DNA from: Candidatus Eiseniibacteriota bacterium
GTDB taxonomy: Bacteria > Eisenbacteria > RBG-16-71-46
DNA length: 64,000 bases
Assembly: GCA_963725865.1 (NCBI GenBank)
Contig: CAVSAC010000014.1
Span: 32,001 to 96,000, forward strand
Direction of reading: 5' to 3'
Shown: in pieces, positions 52,698-64,000 of the stretch
Layout: every line of letters starts with the position of its first letter
How positions within the stretch are numbered: position 1 is the stretch's first letter
The notes under the pieces: model-generated
Told to the model about the DNA's origin: nothing
The model's database searches: none
The model's input: only the letters and a program-made list of their open reading frames with translations
Made by a program: the position numbers and the translations under genes

Positions 52698-52794
52698 GCG
52701 CCGCAGGGCCGTCCCAAGGCGCTCATTGCTCCCTCGCGGAGGGAGCGCGCGCAGCGCCCAGGGTGCACCAATGAGTGCGGAGGAGCGAGCATGA
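52694..52794 (+). repeat. Palindromic intergenic element read as two ATGA-coupled mini-ORFs
   Basis: GCTCCCTC-gcg-GAGGGAGC hairpin; mini-ORFs 52694-52774 and 52771-52794 overlap each other and their neighbours by ATGA. Confidence 0.5.
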
Positions 52795-53679
52795 GCGATA
52801 GCGGCGCGATTCCCGAGATCGTCGACTCCCAGGGGATGAACTACCTGGTGTCGCTGCCGCGCCGCGTCGTCACCGTCTACCTGCCGATTTCGGCGTTCCT
52901 GGTGGTCCTGCTCTTTCCTTTCTACTGGATGGTCATCACGACGTTCAAGCCGAACGAGGAGCTGCTTTCACGCGAGGGCAATCCGTTTTGGGTCGTCGAA
53001 TCCGACGCTCGCGCACATCAAGAAGCTATTGTTCGACACCGCCTATCCGGACTGGCTGTGGAACACCGTGCTGATCACCGTGGTGGCGACCGCGCTGTCG
53101 CTGTTCGCGAGCGTACTCGCCGCGTACTCGATCGAGCGCCTGCGCTTCCGAGGTTCGCGTTACGTCGGGATGAGCATCTTTCTCGCGTACCTCGTGCCGC
53201 CGTCGATCCTGTTCATTCCGCTGGCCGCCGTTATCTACAAGCTCGACCTGTTCGACACGCGCCTCGCGCTGATCCTGACGTACCCGACATTCCTGATCCC
53301 GTTCTGCACCTGGCTGCTGATGGGCTACTTCAAGTCGATCCCGTACGAGCTCGAGGAATGCGCTCTGATCGACGGTGCCACCCGCATGCAGATCCTCGTC
53401 AGGATCATCCTCCCGCTCGCGGTTCCGGGCCTCATCTCCGCCGGCATTTTTGCGTTCACGTTGTCCTGGAACGAATTCATCTATGCGTTGACATTCATCT
53501 CCTCGTCCGAGATGAAAACGGTGCCGGTCGCCGTCGTGACGGAGCTCGTCGAGGGCGACGTGTATCACTGGGGCTCGCTGATGGCGGGAGCGCTGCTCGG
53601 TTCGCTCCCGGTGGCAGTGCTCTATTCGTTCTTCGTCGAGTACTACGTGTCGGGCCTGACGGGCGCCGTCAAGGAGTGA
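52791..53679 (+). CDS. Carbohydrate ABC transporter permease 2 (indel near 53000)
   Basis: [28 protein letters not shown]. Confidence 0.9.
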
Positions 53680-53741
53680 ATGCGCCGGCCCGCGATGCGA
53701 TAGAATGCGAGCCTCCCGTCCCACGAAGCACGGAGTCACCC

Positions 53742-54059
53742 ATGAGCATCCAGGACAAGATTCGCGAGCAGGTCACCTCGAACCGGGTCGTGCTGTACAT
53801 GAAGGGCACGCCGCAGTTCCCGCAGTGCGGATTCTCGGCGACCACGGTGGAGATCCTCAAGCGCTGCGGGGTCACCGACTATCAGACGGTCGACGTCCTG
53901 CAGGATCCCGAGATCCGTCAGGGGATCAAGGAATACGCGAACTGGCCGACGATTCCGCAGCTCTACGTCAACGGCGAGTTCGTCGGCGGCTGCGACATCC
54001 TGAAGGAGATGTACCAGTCCGGCGAGCTGCAGCAGCTCCTCGCCAAGCAGCCGGTCTGA
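53742..54059 (+). CDS. grxD: Monothiol glutaredoxin Grx4
   Basis: [31 protein letters not shown]. Confidence 0.95.
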   Translation: MSIQDKIREQVTSNRVVLYMKGTPQFPQCGFSATTVEILKRCGVTDYQTVDVLQDPEIRQGIKEYANWPTIPQLYVNGEFVGGCDILKEMYQSGELQQLLAKQPV

Positions 54060-54106
54060 AGCGCGGCGCGACGGTCGCCGTGACCGGGCGTCGCCGGCTG
54101 CGATCG

Positions 54107-55818
54107 GTGAATCGATACGTGCGAGGCCTGGCGCGGGCGCTGCGTCGCCACGGTCGCTTGCATTCGCGCTCGCGGCGGGCGCCGCCACCGCCGATGACGG
54201 CGCGGCGCGTGGCGCACGCGCCCGGCGCCGGTGCGGCGAAGCCGGGGTCGGCCGGCGATCGGGCGCCACGCCGAGCCGCGGCCCGAAGACGCTGTCGTCG
54301 TCTTCAACCGGCGGATCGTGACGTTCCGCGCGCCGTTCCTCGGCGTATCGGCGCGCGAACGCGCCATTGCCGCGCACGACCGCATCGTCACCGTGCTCGA
54401 GCGTGGCGGCCCCGGCAAGGTCTCGGTCGAGAAGCTGGAGCCGGGCGACGCGATCAAGATCGACGGCGCGCTGGCATTCGTGCTGACGCAGGACGACGTC
54501 GATCCGGCTGGCCGGCGAGACCTTCGACTCGCTCGAAGCCGACACGCTGCGGGTACTCGAGCAGACGATCGCCGAGACGCGCGAGGCGCGCAGCGGGCGG
54601 CTGATGCTCGCCGCGGCGCTGTGGGCCGCGGGCGCGACCGTGTTCTACCTGCTGCTGCTGTGGGTGCTGCGCCGCGTCAGCCGCGCGGTGACCACCCGCA
54701 TGGTGCAGGTCGCCGATACGACCGCCGGCCATCTGAAGATCGGCGGCTCGGAAATTCTGCAGCGCGAGCGCGCCCGGCGCGTCGTGCGGCGACTGCTGCA
54801 GATCGGCTTCTGGGCGTTCGTGCTGCTCTTCACCTACGAATGGATCGGCTACGTCCTCGGCCGCTTCCCGTACACGCGCCCCTGGGGAGAGCAGCTCAAC
54901 GGCTTTCTCGTGAACACGATCGTCGACGTGCTGACGTCGGTGGCGACGTCGATGCCGGACCTCTGATCGCCGTGGTGATCTTCTTCGCGGCGCAGGGCGT
55001 CACGGGGGTGGTGAAGAACTTCTTCGACGGCGTGCAGACCGGACGCGTCCGCGTCACCTGGATCGACGCCGACAGCGCGCGGCCGACGCGCCGGCTCGTG
55101 GCGATCGCCATCTGGGTGTTCGCGGCGGCCATGGCCTACCCGTACATTCCAGGGTCGGGAACCGATGCGTTCAAGGGCCTGTCGGTGCTGGTCGGGCTGA
55201 TGGTGTCGATCGGCGCGTCCGGCATCGTCGGCCAGGCGGCGAGCGGGCTCATCCTGATGTACACGCGCACGTTTCGCCCGGGCGAGTACGTGCGCATCGG
55301 CGACCACGAAGGCACGATCGTCGAGATGGGGATGTTCACGACGCGCGTGCGCACCGGCCTGGGCGAGGAGCTCACGCTGCCGAACTCGCTCGTGCTGTGG
55401 CTCCGTGACGAAGAACTACTCGCGCGCCGTCAGGGGCACGGGCTTCGTCGTCGACACCACGGTGACGATCGGCTACGACGCGCCGTGGCGGCAGGTGCAC
55501 GCGATGCTGATCGAGGCCGCGCACGCGCACGCAGGGCGTGCTGGCCGAACCGGCGCCGCGCGTGTTCCAGACCGCGCTGTCCGACTTCTACGTCGAGTAC
55601 CGTCTCGTCTGCCAGGCGCTGCGACCGAGCCGCGGCCGCGCGCCGAAGTGCTGTCGGCCCTGCACGCCAACGTGCAGGACGTGTTCAACGAGCACGGCGT
55701 GCAGATCATGTCGCCGCACTACCTTGGCGATCCCGCGCAGGCGAAGGTCGTGCCGAAGGCGAGGTGGTACGCGGCGCCGGCGGCGGCGCAACCAGGGAAG
55801 CCGCCATGGAAACCCTGA
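54107..55818 (+). CDS. MscS-family mechanosensitive channel with N-terminal periplasmic extension (multiple indels; start uncertain)
   Basis: YPYIPGSGTDAFKGLSV, FRPGEYVRIG..EGTI, LPNS, VTIGYDAPWRQVH, VQIMSPHY. Confidence 0.82.
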
Positions 55819-57014
55819 AGACGAGCACCGACACGCTGTTCATCCTGCTGGGCGCCGTCATGGTGCTCGCGATGCACGCCGGCTTCGCGTTCCTCGAGCT
55901 CGGCACGGTGCGCAAGAAGAACCAGGTGAACGCGCTGGTGAAGATCATCGTCGACTTCGCGGTGTCGACGATCGCCTATTTCTTCATCGGCTACGCGATC
56001 GCCTACGGCGTCAACTTCTTCACCGGCGCCGAAACGCTGGCCGCAGAAGAGCGGCTACGAGCTCGTGAAGTTCTTCTTCCTGCTGACGTTCGCCGCGGCC
56101 ATCCCGGCCATCGTCTCCGGCGGCATCGCCGAGCGCGCGCGCTTCAATCCGCAGCTCGCGGCGACCTTCCTGCTGGTCGGTTTCGTCTACCCGTTCTTCG
56201 AGGGCATCGCCTGGAACCGGCACTTCGGCGTGCAGGCCTGGCTCAAGGCCGCGTTCGGCGCGGAGTTCCACGACTTCGCCGGCAGCGTCGTCGTGCACGC
56301 GGTCGGCGGCTGGATCGGCCTCGTCGCGGTGCTGCTGCTCGGCGCGCGGCGCGGCCGCTACTACGAAGGAGGGCGGCATCTCCGCGCATCCGCCGTCGTC
56401 GATTCCGTTCCTCGCGCTCGGCGCGTGGATTCTGTCGGTCGGCTGGTTCGGCTTCAACGTGATGAGCGCGCAGACGATCGACAAGATCTCGGGGCTCGTC
56501 GCGGTGAACTCGCTGCTCGCGATGGCCGGCGGCACGATCGCGGCGCTCGTCGCCGGCCGCAACGACCCGGGCTTCGTCCACAACGGGCCGCTCGCCGGGC
56601 TGGTCGCGATCTGCGCGGGCTCGGACGTCATGCATCCGCTGGGCGCGCTCGCGACCGGCGCGGTCGCCGGGGCGCTGTTCGTCGTGCATGTTCACGCTGA
56701 CGCAGAACCGCTGGAAGATCGACGACGTGCTCGGCGTCTGGCCGCTGCACGGCGCTGTGCGGCGCGTGGGGCGGCCTCGCCGCGGGCATCTTCGGAACGA
56801 AGGCGCTGGGCGGACTCGGCGGCGTCGCGTTCGGGTCGCAGCTGCTCGGCACGCTGCTCGGCGTGGCGGTCGCGGTGGCCGGCGCGATCGATCGTCTACG
56901 GCGTGCTGAAGAGGACGATCGGGCCTGCGGCTCGATCCCGAAGAGGAGTTCAACGGCGCCGACCTCACGATCCACAAGATCAGCGCGACGGCGGAGCGCG
57001 AAACGTCGTGGTGA
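55806..57014 (+). CDS. Ammonium transporter (Amt family; indels)
   Basis: MHAGFAFLE.GTVRKKN, VSGGIAER, HDFAGSVVVH, GWFGFN, NGPLAGLVAICAG, IDDVLGVWPLHG. Confidence 0.9.
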
Positions 57015-57026
57015 ACCGGAACTTCG

Positions 57027-59169
57027 CTAGGTGCGCGCCCGCTGGACGCGCCGCACTTCCGCGACGCGCTTCATGCCTCGCATCACGTGCGCCAGGTGAC
57101 GCCGGTCGCGCACCTGCACGCTGAAGAACATCGCGATGAGCCCGCCGCCGTCGGGCCGCTCCATCGACACGTTGTCGATGTTCGCCCCGGCATCGGCGAT
57201 CGCGGTCGCGAGGTCGGCGAGCAGTCCGCGCCGGTCGGCGACCAGCAGGCGGATGCCGGCGTCGAACACGCCCTCGACGTCCTGCGCCCACTCGACGTCG
57301 ACGAGCTGCTCGGTGTCGCCGCGCTGCTTCTTGAGCGTGATGCAATCGCGGGTGTGCACGGACAAGTCCCTGGCCGCGGCGGAACTGGCCGACGACCTTG
57401 TCGCCGGGGATCGGCCGGCAGCACTTCGCGTACTGGATCGCCACGCCCTCGACGCCGCGCAGCGTCAGCGCCGACGGCTTGGTGAGCGCGGCGGACGCCG
57501 CGGCGCCGGCGCCGTCGGCGGCTTTTCCGGCGGGCCGCGTCAGCGCCTGCGCCACGACGAACGAAAGGCGCTTGCCGAGCCCGATGTCGGCGAGGATGTC
57601 GAGCTGGCTCTTCGCGCCGAATTCCTTCTGCAGCGCTTCCCAGCGTTCCCAGGTGATCGTCTCCGGCGCGACCTTGAGCGTGGCGAGCGCCTGGTCGAGC
57701 AGCCGCTCGCCGAGCGCGGCCGATTCCTTCTGCTGCAGCCCCTTGAGGAAATGCCGGATCCGCGAGCGCGCCTTGCCGGTCGCCACGAACGACAGCCATG
57801 ACGGATTGGGCCGCGCCGTCGGCGACGTGAGGATCTCGACGTGGTCGCCGTTCTTGAGCTCGGTGCGCAGCGGCATCAGCTCGTAGTTGATGCGCGCGGC
57901 GACGCAGTGGTGGCCGACGTCGGTGTGCACGGCATAGGCGAAATCCACGGCCGTCGCGCCGCGCGGCAGCGCCATGATCTTGCCCTTCGGCGTGAACACG
58001 TAGATCTCGTCCGGGAAGAGGTCGCCCTTGATGTTCTCGAGAAACTCCTTCGAGTCGCGCGACTCCGACTGGATCTCGAGCAGGCTCTGCAGCCAGCGGT
58101 GCGTTTCGCGCTGCGCCTGCGCGAGGTCGAGCTCGCCGCCCTGCTTGTACAGCCAGTGCGCGGCCACGCCGGCCTCGGCGATCCGGTGCATGTCGTGGGT
58201 GCGGATCTGCGCCTCGAGCGGCGTGCCGAACGGTCCGAACAGCGTCGTGTGCAGCGACTGGTAGCCGTTGGCCTTCGGGATCGCGATGTAATCCTTGAAC
58301 TTGCCCGGGATCGGCTTGTACATGCCGTGCAGCGCGCCCAGCGCGGCGTAGCAGGTGGTCGCGTCGGGCACCAGCACGCGCACGCCGTAGATGTCGAAGA
58401 CCTGCGAGAACGTGTAGTGCTTCTCGCCCATCTTCTTGTAGACGGAGTAGATCGTCTTCTCGCGTCCCGAGACGACGGCCGTGATGCCCGCCTTGGCGAA
58501 GCCGTCGCGGATGACGTCGAGCAGCCGGTTCATCACTTCGCGCCGATTGCCGCGCGCCGCCTTGATCGCGTTGGCGAGGATCCGGAAGCGCATCGGGTAC
58601 AGGTGCTTGAACGCGAGGTCCTGCAGCTCGAGGTAGAGCGCGTTGAGGCCGAGCCGGTTCGCGATCGGCGCGTAGATGTCGAGCGTCTCGCGCGCGATCC
58701 GGCGACGGTGCGGCGGCGCCATCGCGTCCAGCGTGCGCATGTTGTGGAGCCGGTCGGCGAGCTTGATCAGGATGACGCGGACGTCCTGCGCCATCGCGAG
58801 CAGCATCTTGCGGAAGCTCTCGGCCTGCGCGTCCTCGCGCGACGTGAACTCGATCTGGTCGAGCTTGGACACGCCATCGACCATGTCGGCGACCGGCTTG
58901 CCGAAGGAAGTCTCGATCTCCGACTTCGTGATCGCCGTGTCTTCCATCACGTCGTGCAGCAGCGCGGCGGCGAGACCCTGGGCGTCGAGCCGCCATTGCG
59001 ACAGGATGCTGGCGACCGCCAGCGGGTGCGTGATGTAGGGCTCTCCGGACTTGCGGAACTGGCCGCGATGCGCGGAGTCGGAGAACTGGAACGCGCGCTC
59101 GACGAGCGCGATGTCAGGCAGCGGCAGGTAGTTGCCGAGGTGTCGGGTGAACTCCGCTATTTCGGGCAT
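57027..59169 (-). CDS. spoT: Bifunctional (p)ppGpp synthase/hydrolase (indel near 57365)
   Basis: RKSGEPYITHP, LLHDVMED (HD motif), KLADRLHNMRTL, NGYQSLHT, TGS domain, CCRPIPGD, C-terminal ACT; downstream of rpoZ. Confidence 0.93.
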
Positions 59170-59195
59170 GCTTCATTGCCGCCAAATGCGCCGCG

Positions 59196-59402
59196 TCAGA
59201 CGGGCGCCTTCAGCAGCATTTCGATGCCGACCTTGCCCGCGGCGATCTCGCGCAGCGCGACGACGGTCGGCTTGTCGCGGTCGACGTCGACCAGCGGCGA
59301 GCTGCCGGCGGAGATCTGCCGCGCGCGATTGGTCGCCGCGAGCGTCAGCTCGAACCGGTTGGGAATCTTTTCGAGACAATCTTCGATGGTGATGCGGGCC
59401 AT
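59196..59402 (-). CDS. rpoZ: RNA polymerase omega subunit
   Basis: [28 protein letters not shown]. Confidence 0.96.
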   Translation of the reverse strand: MARITIEDCLEKIPNRFELTLAATNRARQISAGSSPLVDVDRDKPTVVALREIAAGKVGIEMLLKAPV

Positions 59403-59418
59403 GAAGTCCTCGTGGAGG

Positions 59419-60071
59419 TCAGTGTTCGATGAGGCGCTGCAGGAGGTGCGCGTGGCGCACCGCTTGCCGCGGCGCGGTGAGGCGCGCGGCGCGAACGATT
59501 GCGCACAGGTCGTCGACCGCTCTTGCAAAGTCCTGATTCATAATAACATAATCGAACTCGGTGCAGTGTCGCATCTCTTCGCGCGCCGCCTCGAGCCGAC
59601 GCAGGATGACGTCGGGCGAATCCTGCCCGCGTTTCTCCAGCCGCTCCTTCAGCGACGCGAGCGACGGTGGGAGGATGAAGATGTGCACGGCGTCGGGCAT
59701 CAGGCGGCGCACCTGCGCCGCGCCCTGCCAGTCGATCTCGAGCAGCACGTCGTGGCCGTGCGCGACCTGATCGCGGAGCCAGGTGGCCGACGTCGCGTAC
59801 CAGTGCCCGTGCACGAACGCGTGCTCGAGGAACTCGCCGCTCGCCTTCAGCGCGAGAAAGCGCGGCTCGTCGACGAAGTGGTAGTGGACGCCCGTCGGTC
59901 TCGCCGGGACGCGCGGCGCGCGTCGTGTACGACACCGAAAGGCGAATTCCCGGCTCGCGCTCGAGCAGCGCGGCGACGAGGCTCGGTCTTGCCGCCGCCG
60001 GAGGGCGCGGCGAGGACGAACAGGCATCCGGATGCCGGCGGGGCCCGGGTCGGCCCGACGTTGGCGCTCAT
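59419..60071 (-). CDS. gmk: Guanylate kinase (indels)
   Basis: [37 protein letters not shown]. Confidence 0.92.
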
Positions 60072-60174
60072 TCCCGCGACCTCTTCGTACGGTCGACGTG
60101 CATGTCAGGTCGCGTGTCGGCCGCCTCGATCGTTCGGGGACGCGCCCTTCGGGCCTTGGCTTCGCCCACCTCAC

Positions 60175-61044
60175 TCATTCGAGATTCTGCACCTGCTCGC
60201 GCATCTGCTCGATCAGCACCTTGATCTCGAGCGACGCCTGCGAGAGCTCCGCGTCCACCGACTTCGAACCCAGCGTGTTCGCCTCGCGGTGCAGCTCCTG
60301 CATCAGGAAATCGAGCCGCTTGCCCGCGCTGCCGCCGGCCGCCAGCACGCGCCGCACTTCGGCGACGTGGGTCGACAGCCGCGACAGCTCCTCGGCGACG
60401 TCGACCTTGGTGGCGAAGAGCGCGAGCTCCTGCTTCAGGCGGTCCTGGTCGGGATCGAGCCCGGCTTCGCGCAGGCGCGCGGCGAGCTTTTCGACGTAGG
60501 CCGCGTGGATCGCCGGGATCGCGCGGCGCGACGCGCGCGACCTGCGCTTCGATCGCCGCGCAGCGCTCGACGAGCGTCGCGACGAGCTTCACCCCTTCGC
60601 GCAACCGCGACGCGCCGAGCTCCGCGAGCGCCTGGGCGACGAGCCTGCGCGCGTGCGCGGCGAGCTCGTCGGGCGGTACCGTCGGCTCGGCGATCACCCC
60701 GGGCCAGCGCAGGATCTCGCCTATCGACAGCGGCCGCGCACCGGGAGCGATCTTGATCGCGTCCGCCGCCGCCTTCGCGAGCTGCCGCGACGCGCGTGGC
60801 GTCGACGGCGAGACCGGCGGCGCCGGCGGCGGTGCGATTGAGCGAGACGCGGCATTCGACCTTGCCGCGCTTCAACTCCGCGACCAGCTGTTCGCGCAGC
60901 GCGGATTCGAGGCCGCGCAAGCTCGTCGGGGAGGCGGACCTGGAGGTCGAGATAGCGGTGGTTGACGGAGCGCAGCTCGACGGCGAGCGCAACGCCGGGC
61001 AGCTCCGCGGCAACTGCCGCGAATCCGGTCATGCTGAGGATCAT
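60175..61044 (-). CDS. yicC: YicC/YloC-family endoribonuclease (indels)
   Basis: MILSMTGF, ELRSVNHRYLD, RGKVEC, GKRLDFLMQELHREANTLGSK, EQMREQVQNLE. Confidence 0.92.
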
Positions 61045-61206
61045 CGGCAAAACCGGCCGTATTTTGACAACTTTTCCAGCTTTACTTTGGGCGCGTTCAT
61101 ACGGAGAATGTATGCGTTATACGCCGGAGGCGCAAGCGCGCGAAGGTCGTTTGGCATGCGAATTGCAACCCGTTTGCGCGATTAGCGTCCTCCACTCCCT
61201 GCGCCC

Positions 61207-62145
61207 ATGCCCGTCACCAACCAAGCCCTCTCCGGCGGGTATCAGCTGCTCAACTATCGGATCGACCGGCAGATCAGCCGCGGCGGATTCTCGATCGTCT
61301 ATCGGGCATTCGACGAGACCGGCGTGCCGGTCGCGATCAAGGAGTACCTGCCGTCGTCGCTTGTGCTCCGCACCGAAGGCGACATCGTCCGCGCGACGTC
61401 GGCCGAGAACATGGCCTCGTTCCGGTACGGGATGAAGTGCTTCTTCGAGGAGGGCCGCGCGCTGGCGAAGATCACGCACCCGAACGTTGTGCGCGTGCTC
61501 AATTTCTTCCGCGCCAACGAGACCGTGTACATGGTGATGCGCTACGAACGCGGCCGCACGCTGCAGCAGCAGATCCAGATGCGACAGGACCAGATGTCGG
61601 AGCGCCTGGTGCGCCACGTCTTCATGCACCTCCTGAACGGCTTGCGCGAGGTGCACACGCACAAGCTGCTGCACCTAGACATCAAGCCGGCCAACATCTA
61701 CCTGCGGACCGACGGCAGCCCGGTGCTCCTCGACTTCGGTGCCGCGCGCCAGACGCTCACGACGCGCCGCCCCAAGCTCGCGCCGATGTACACACCGGGC
61801 TTCGCTGCGCCCGAGCAATACCGGGATCCCGACCGGCTGGGGCCGTGGACGGACGTGTACGGCGTGGGGGCGAGCATGTTCGCGTGCCTCGCCGCGTTCG
61901 CGCCGCAGGCGGCCGACGCGAGGCAGCAGGAAGACCATCTCGTCTCGGCCAAGAAGATCTGGGCAGGCCAGTATTCCGACAACGTGCTCGAGGTGATCGA
62001 TTGGTGCCTGCGCCTCGACCCCCTCGAACGTCCGCAATCGGTGTTCGCGCTGCAGAAGGCGATCCGCGACATTCCGCCGAAAAAGCCCAAGGTCGGCTTC
62101 TTCGGCAACCTGAAGCGGAAGCTCTTCACCGAAATCGGTGCGTAG
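61207..62145 (+). CDS. Hanks-type Ser/Thr protein kinase
   Basis: GGFSIVY, VAIKEY, HLDIKPANI, DFG, GFAAPEQ, DVYGVG. Confidence 0.92.
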   Translation: MPVTNQALSGGYQLLNYRIDRQISRGGFSIVYRAFDETGVPVAIKEYLPSSLVLRTEGDIVRATSAENMASFRYGMKCFFEEGRALAKITHPNVVRVLNFFRANETVYMVMRYERGRTLQQQIQMRQDQMSERLVRHVFMHLLNGLREVHTHKLLHLDIKPANIYLRTDGSPVLLDFGAARQTLTTRRPKLAPMYTPGFAAPEQYRDPDRLGPWTDVYGVGASMFACLAAFAPQAADARQQEDHLVSAKKIWAGQYSDNVLEVIDWCLRLDPLERPQSVFALQKAIRDIPPKKPKVGFFGNLKRKLFTEIGA

Positions 62146-62146
62146 C

Positions 62147-62230
62147 ATGAACGGCCCCCCCACGCTCACTGCGTTCGCCGCCCCCCAAGGGGGGCAGTCA
62201 GTGCCCTTCGGGCGGCCGGGCGGGCACTGA
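62147..62230 (+). repeat. Palindromic intergenic element, open as a 27-codon mini-ORF
   Basis: Hairpins GCCCCCC-aa-GGGGGGC and TCAGTGCCC...GGGCACTGA; ATG at 62147 to TGA at 62230. Confidence 0.5.
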
Positions 62231-62234
62231 CGCG

Positions 62235-63155
62235 ATGCGCTTCACGATCTTCCAGGAATCGCGCAAGGGTTCGCGCACGGTCAACCAGGACCGCATCGCC
62301 TACACGTACAGCCGCGACACGCTGCTGCTCGTCGTGGCCGACGGGATGGGAGGCCACGCGGGCGGCGAGATCGCCGCGCAGATCGCGGTCCGGCTGTTCA
62401 TCGAGAGGTTTCAGCAGGAGGCGAAGCCCATCCTCAAGAGCCCGCTCACGTTCCTGCACGAGTCGATGGTCAAGGCGCACGCCGCGCTCGGTTCGTACTC
62501 GACGCAGTTCTCGATGCTGGAGACGCCGCGCACCACCTGCGTCGCGTGCATCGTGCAGGCGGGGTGCGCCTACTGGGCGCACGTCGGCGATTCGCGGCTC
62601 TCGCTTTTCCGGCAGGGCGCGCTCGTCAGCCAGACGAAGGACCATTCGAAGGTCCAGTACCTGATCGACCAGGGGATGATCGGCCAGACCGATGCGGCCG
62701 ACCATCCCGACCGCAACAAGATCTACAGCTGTCTCGGTGGCCTCGTCGACCCGGTGATCGACCTCGGCAACCGGACGCTCCTGAAGAACGGCGACATCAT
62801 CGTCATGTGCACGGACGGCCTGTGGGGCGCGGTCGGCAGCGATGAGATGGCGACGATGCTCACGTCGTCGCCGATCCTGAAGGCGGCGCCCGAGATGATG
62901 CGCGAAGCCGAGCGGCGCGGCGGCGCCGACGGCGATAACCTTTCGGCGATCGTCGTTCGCTGGGGTCCCGAGACCCTCGTCGACGAGCCGACGACGACGA
63001 TCACCGAGACGCTGGGCCTCGGGGAATTCGCCACGCACCTCGACCGGACGCTGTCGCTCGCCGACCGCAAGGGCACTGACCGCGACCTTTCGGACGACGA
63101 GATCGAGCGCGCGATCGACGAGATCCAGTCGACGATCCAGCGGTACCGGCGCTGA
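62235..63155 (+). CDS. PP2C-family Ser/Thr protein phosphatase
   Basis: NQDR, VADGMGGH, HVGDSR, TKDHS, CTDGLW, DNLS. Confidence 0.92.
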   Translation: MRFTIFQESRKGSRTVNQDRIAYTYSRDTLLLVVADGMGGHAGGEIAAQIAVRLFIERFQQEAKPILKSPLTFLHESMVKAHAALGSYSTQFSMLETPRTTCVACIVQAGCAYWAHVGDSRLSLFRQGALVSQTKDHSKVQYLIDQGMIGQTDAADHPDRNKIYSCLGGLVDPVIDLGNRTLLKNGDIIVMCTDGLWGAVGSDEMATMLTSSPILKAAPEMMREAERRGGADGDNLSAIVVRWGPETLVDEPTTTITETLGLGEFATHLDRTLSLADRKGTDRDLSDDEIERAIDEIQSTIQRYRR

Positions 63156-63168
63156 GCGGGGGAGCCGG

Positions 63169-63913
63169 GTGCGCCAGATCGTCATCGACACCGAAACCAC
63201 CGGGCTCGATCCGAAGCAGGGTCATCGGATCATCGAGTTCGCCGCGCTGGAGCTCGTCGATCGCCGGGCCACGGGCGCGCCGTGCATTTCCGCGTCGATC
63301 CCGGAGCGCGAGATCGATGCCGGCGCGACCGAAGTGCACGGGATGACCTGGGAGGACCTCAAGGGAAAGCCCAGGTTTCGCGACGTCGCCGCGGAGTTCG
63401 TCGACTTCGCGCGCGGCGCCGACTGGATCATCCACAACGCGCCGTTCGACGTCGGCTTTCTCGACACCGAATTCCGGCTCGCGGCCGACTCCGACCTGCG
63501 CCGAGGTCTACGCAGGGCTGATCGACACGCTGGCGCTCGCGCGCGAGATGTTTCCCGGCAAGCGCAACAGCCTCGACGCGCTGTGCGAGCGCTTCGGCGT
63601 CGACAACGCGCATCGTTCGGTGCACGGCGCGCTCCTGGACGCGCAACTCCTCGCCGAGGTGTATCTCGCGATGACGCGCGGTCAGGAGACGCTGACGATC
63701 GACATGGCCGCGCCGTCGCCTCTCCGTGCGTGAAGGCGACGCAGGTGCGCGGGAGTCCGGCAGCGCGGGGCCGCGCCCGTCGGTGATGCGTGATCGAGCC
63801 GACGCCGGCCGAACTCGCGGCGCACGAGGACTACCTGGCGGCGCTCGACAGCGAGTCCGGTGGCCGCTGTCTCTGGCTGCGCTCGCTTCGCGCCGGTCCC
63901 GCCGGTCGCTTGA
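63169..63913 (+). CDS. dnaQ: DNA polymerase III epsilon subunit (indels; 3' end approximate)
   Basis: [52 protein letters not shown]. Confidence 0.9.
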
Positions 63914-64000
63914 TCCCGTCGACGCGCGGCGTCGCGATCGCGCAGATTGCGCGCGTTCCGCGTCCGCGTGCTTTCCTGCTACGCTCGCGGGTTCCGTCCG

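Noticed and set aside
52791..54059. Permease-glutaredoxin fusion ORF, and similar apparent fusions (48111..50255, 54231..56462, 30534..33059)
   Set aside because: Produced by frameshifts or stop-free GC-rich frames; each gene has its own start and stop
63914..64000. tRNA downstream of dnaQ
   Set aside because: No cloverleaf or T-loop motif visible before the window ends

Overview
This is a GC-rich betaproteobacterial (Burkholderiales-like) chromosomal segment. It carries many small indels, clustered at about 15-33 kb and 53-64 kb. They also hit essential genes (sufB, gmk, spoT, dnaQ), so they are most likely long-read sequencing errors. In order, the window holds: (1) 1-5.7 kb, a patchwork of a sugar-dehydrogenase-like gene, a ferredoxin, a cytochrome c and two truncated genes; (2) a SEC-C/TPR/GT2/tandem-sulfotransferase multidomain protein plus a sulfotransferase; (3) 10.5-24.3 kb, a porin-cytochrome extracellular electron transfer island with 30 CxxCH motifs (MtoD-like, diheme c5, CBS, NapC/CymA-like, tandem di-MtoD, two MtrA/MtoA + MtrB/MtoB pairs, a further c-type cytochrome and RegA; no MtrC); (4) an iscR-iscA-sufBCDS-sufU-nfu-Rieske-DUF971 operon; (5) a SEC-C/TPR O-GlcNAc transferase; (6) a STAS / MBL / CHASE2-PP2C / OmpA / FecR / RsbW partner-switching cluster and mgtC; (7) a stand-alone C-A-T-TE NRPS with atypical catalytic motifs; (8) cspA, a MesD-type methionine synthase, a sugar ABC operon, grxD, mscS, amt, spoT-rpoZ-gmk-yicC, a Ser/Thr kinase-PP2C pair and dnaQ. 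The most striking observation is that both MtrB/MtoB-type porins appear to continue past the normal barrel terminus, through a proline-rich linker, into an OmpA-like peptidoglycan-binding domain. The island's promoters also carry paired FNR and RegA/RegR boxes. All family assignments come from motifs and recall; no database search was run.
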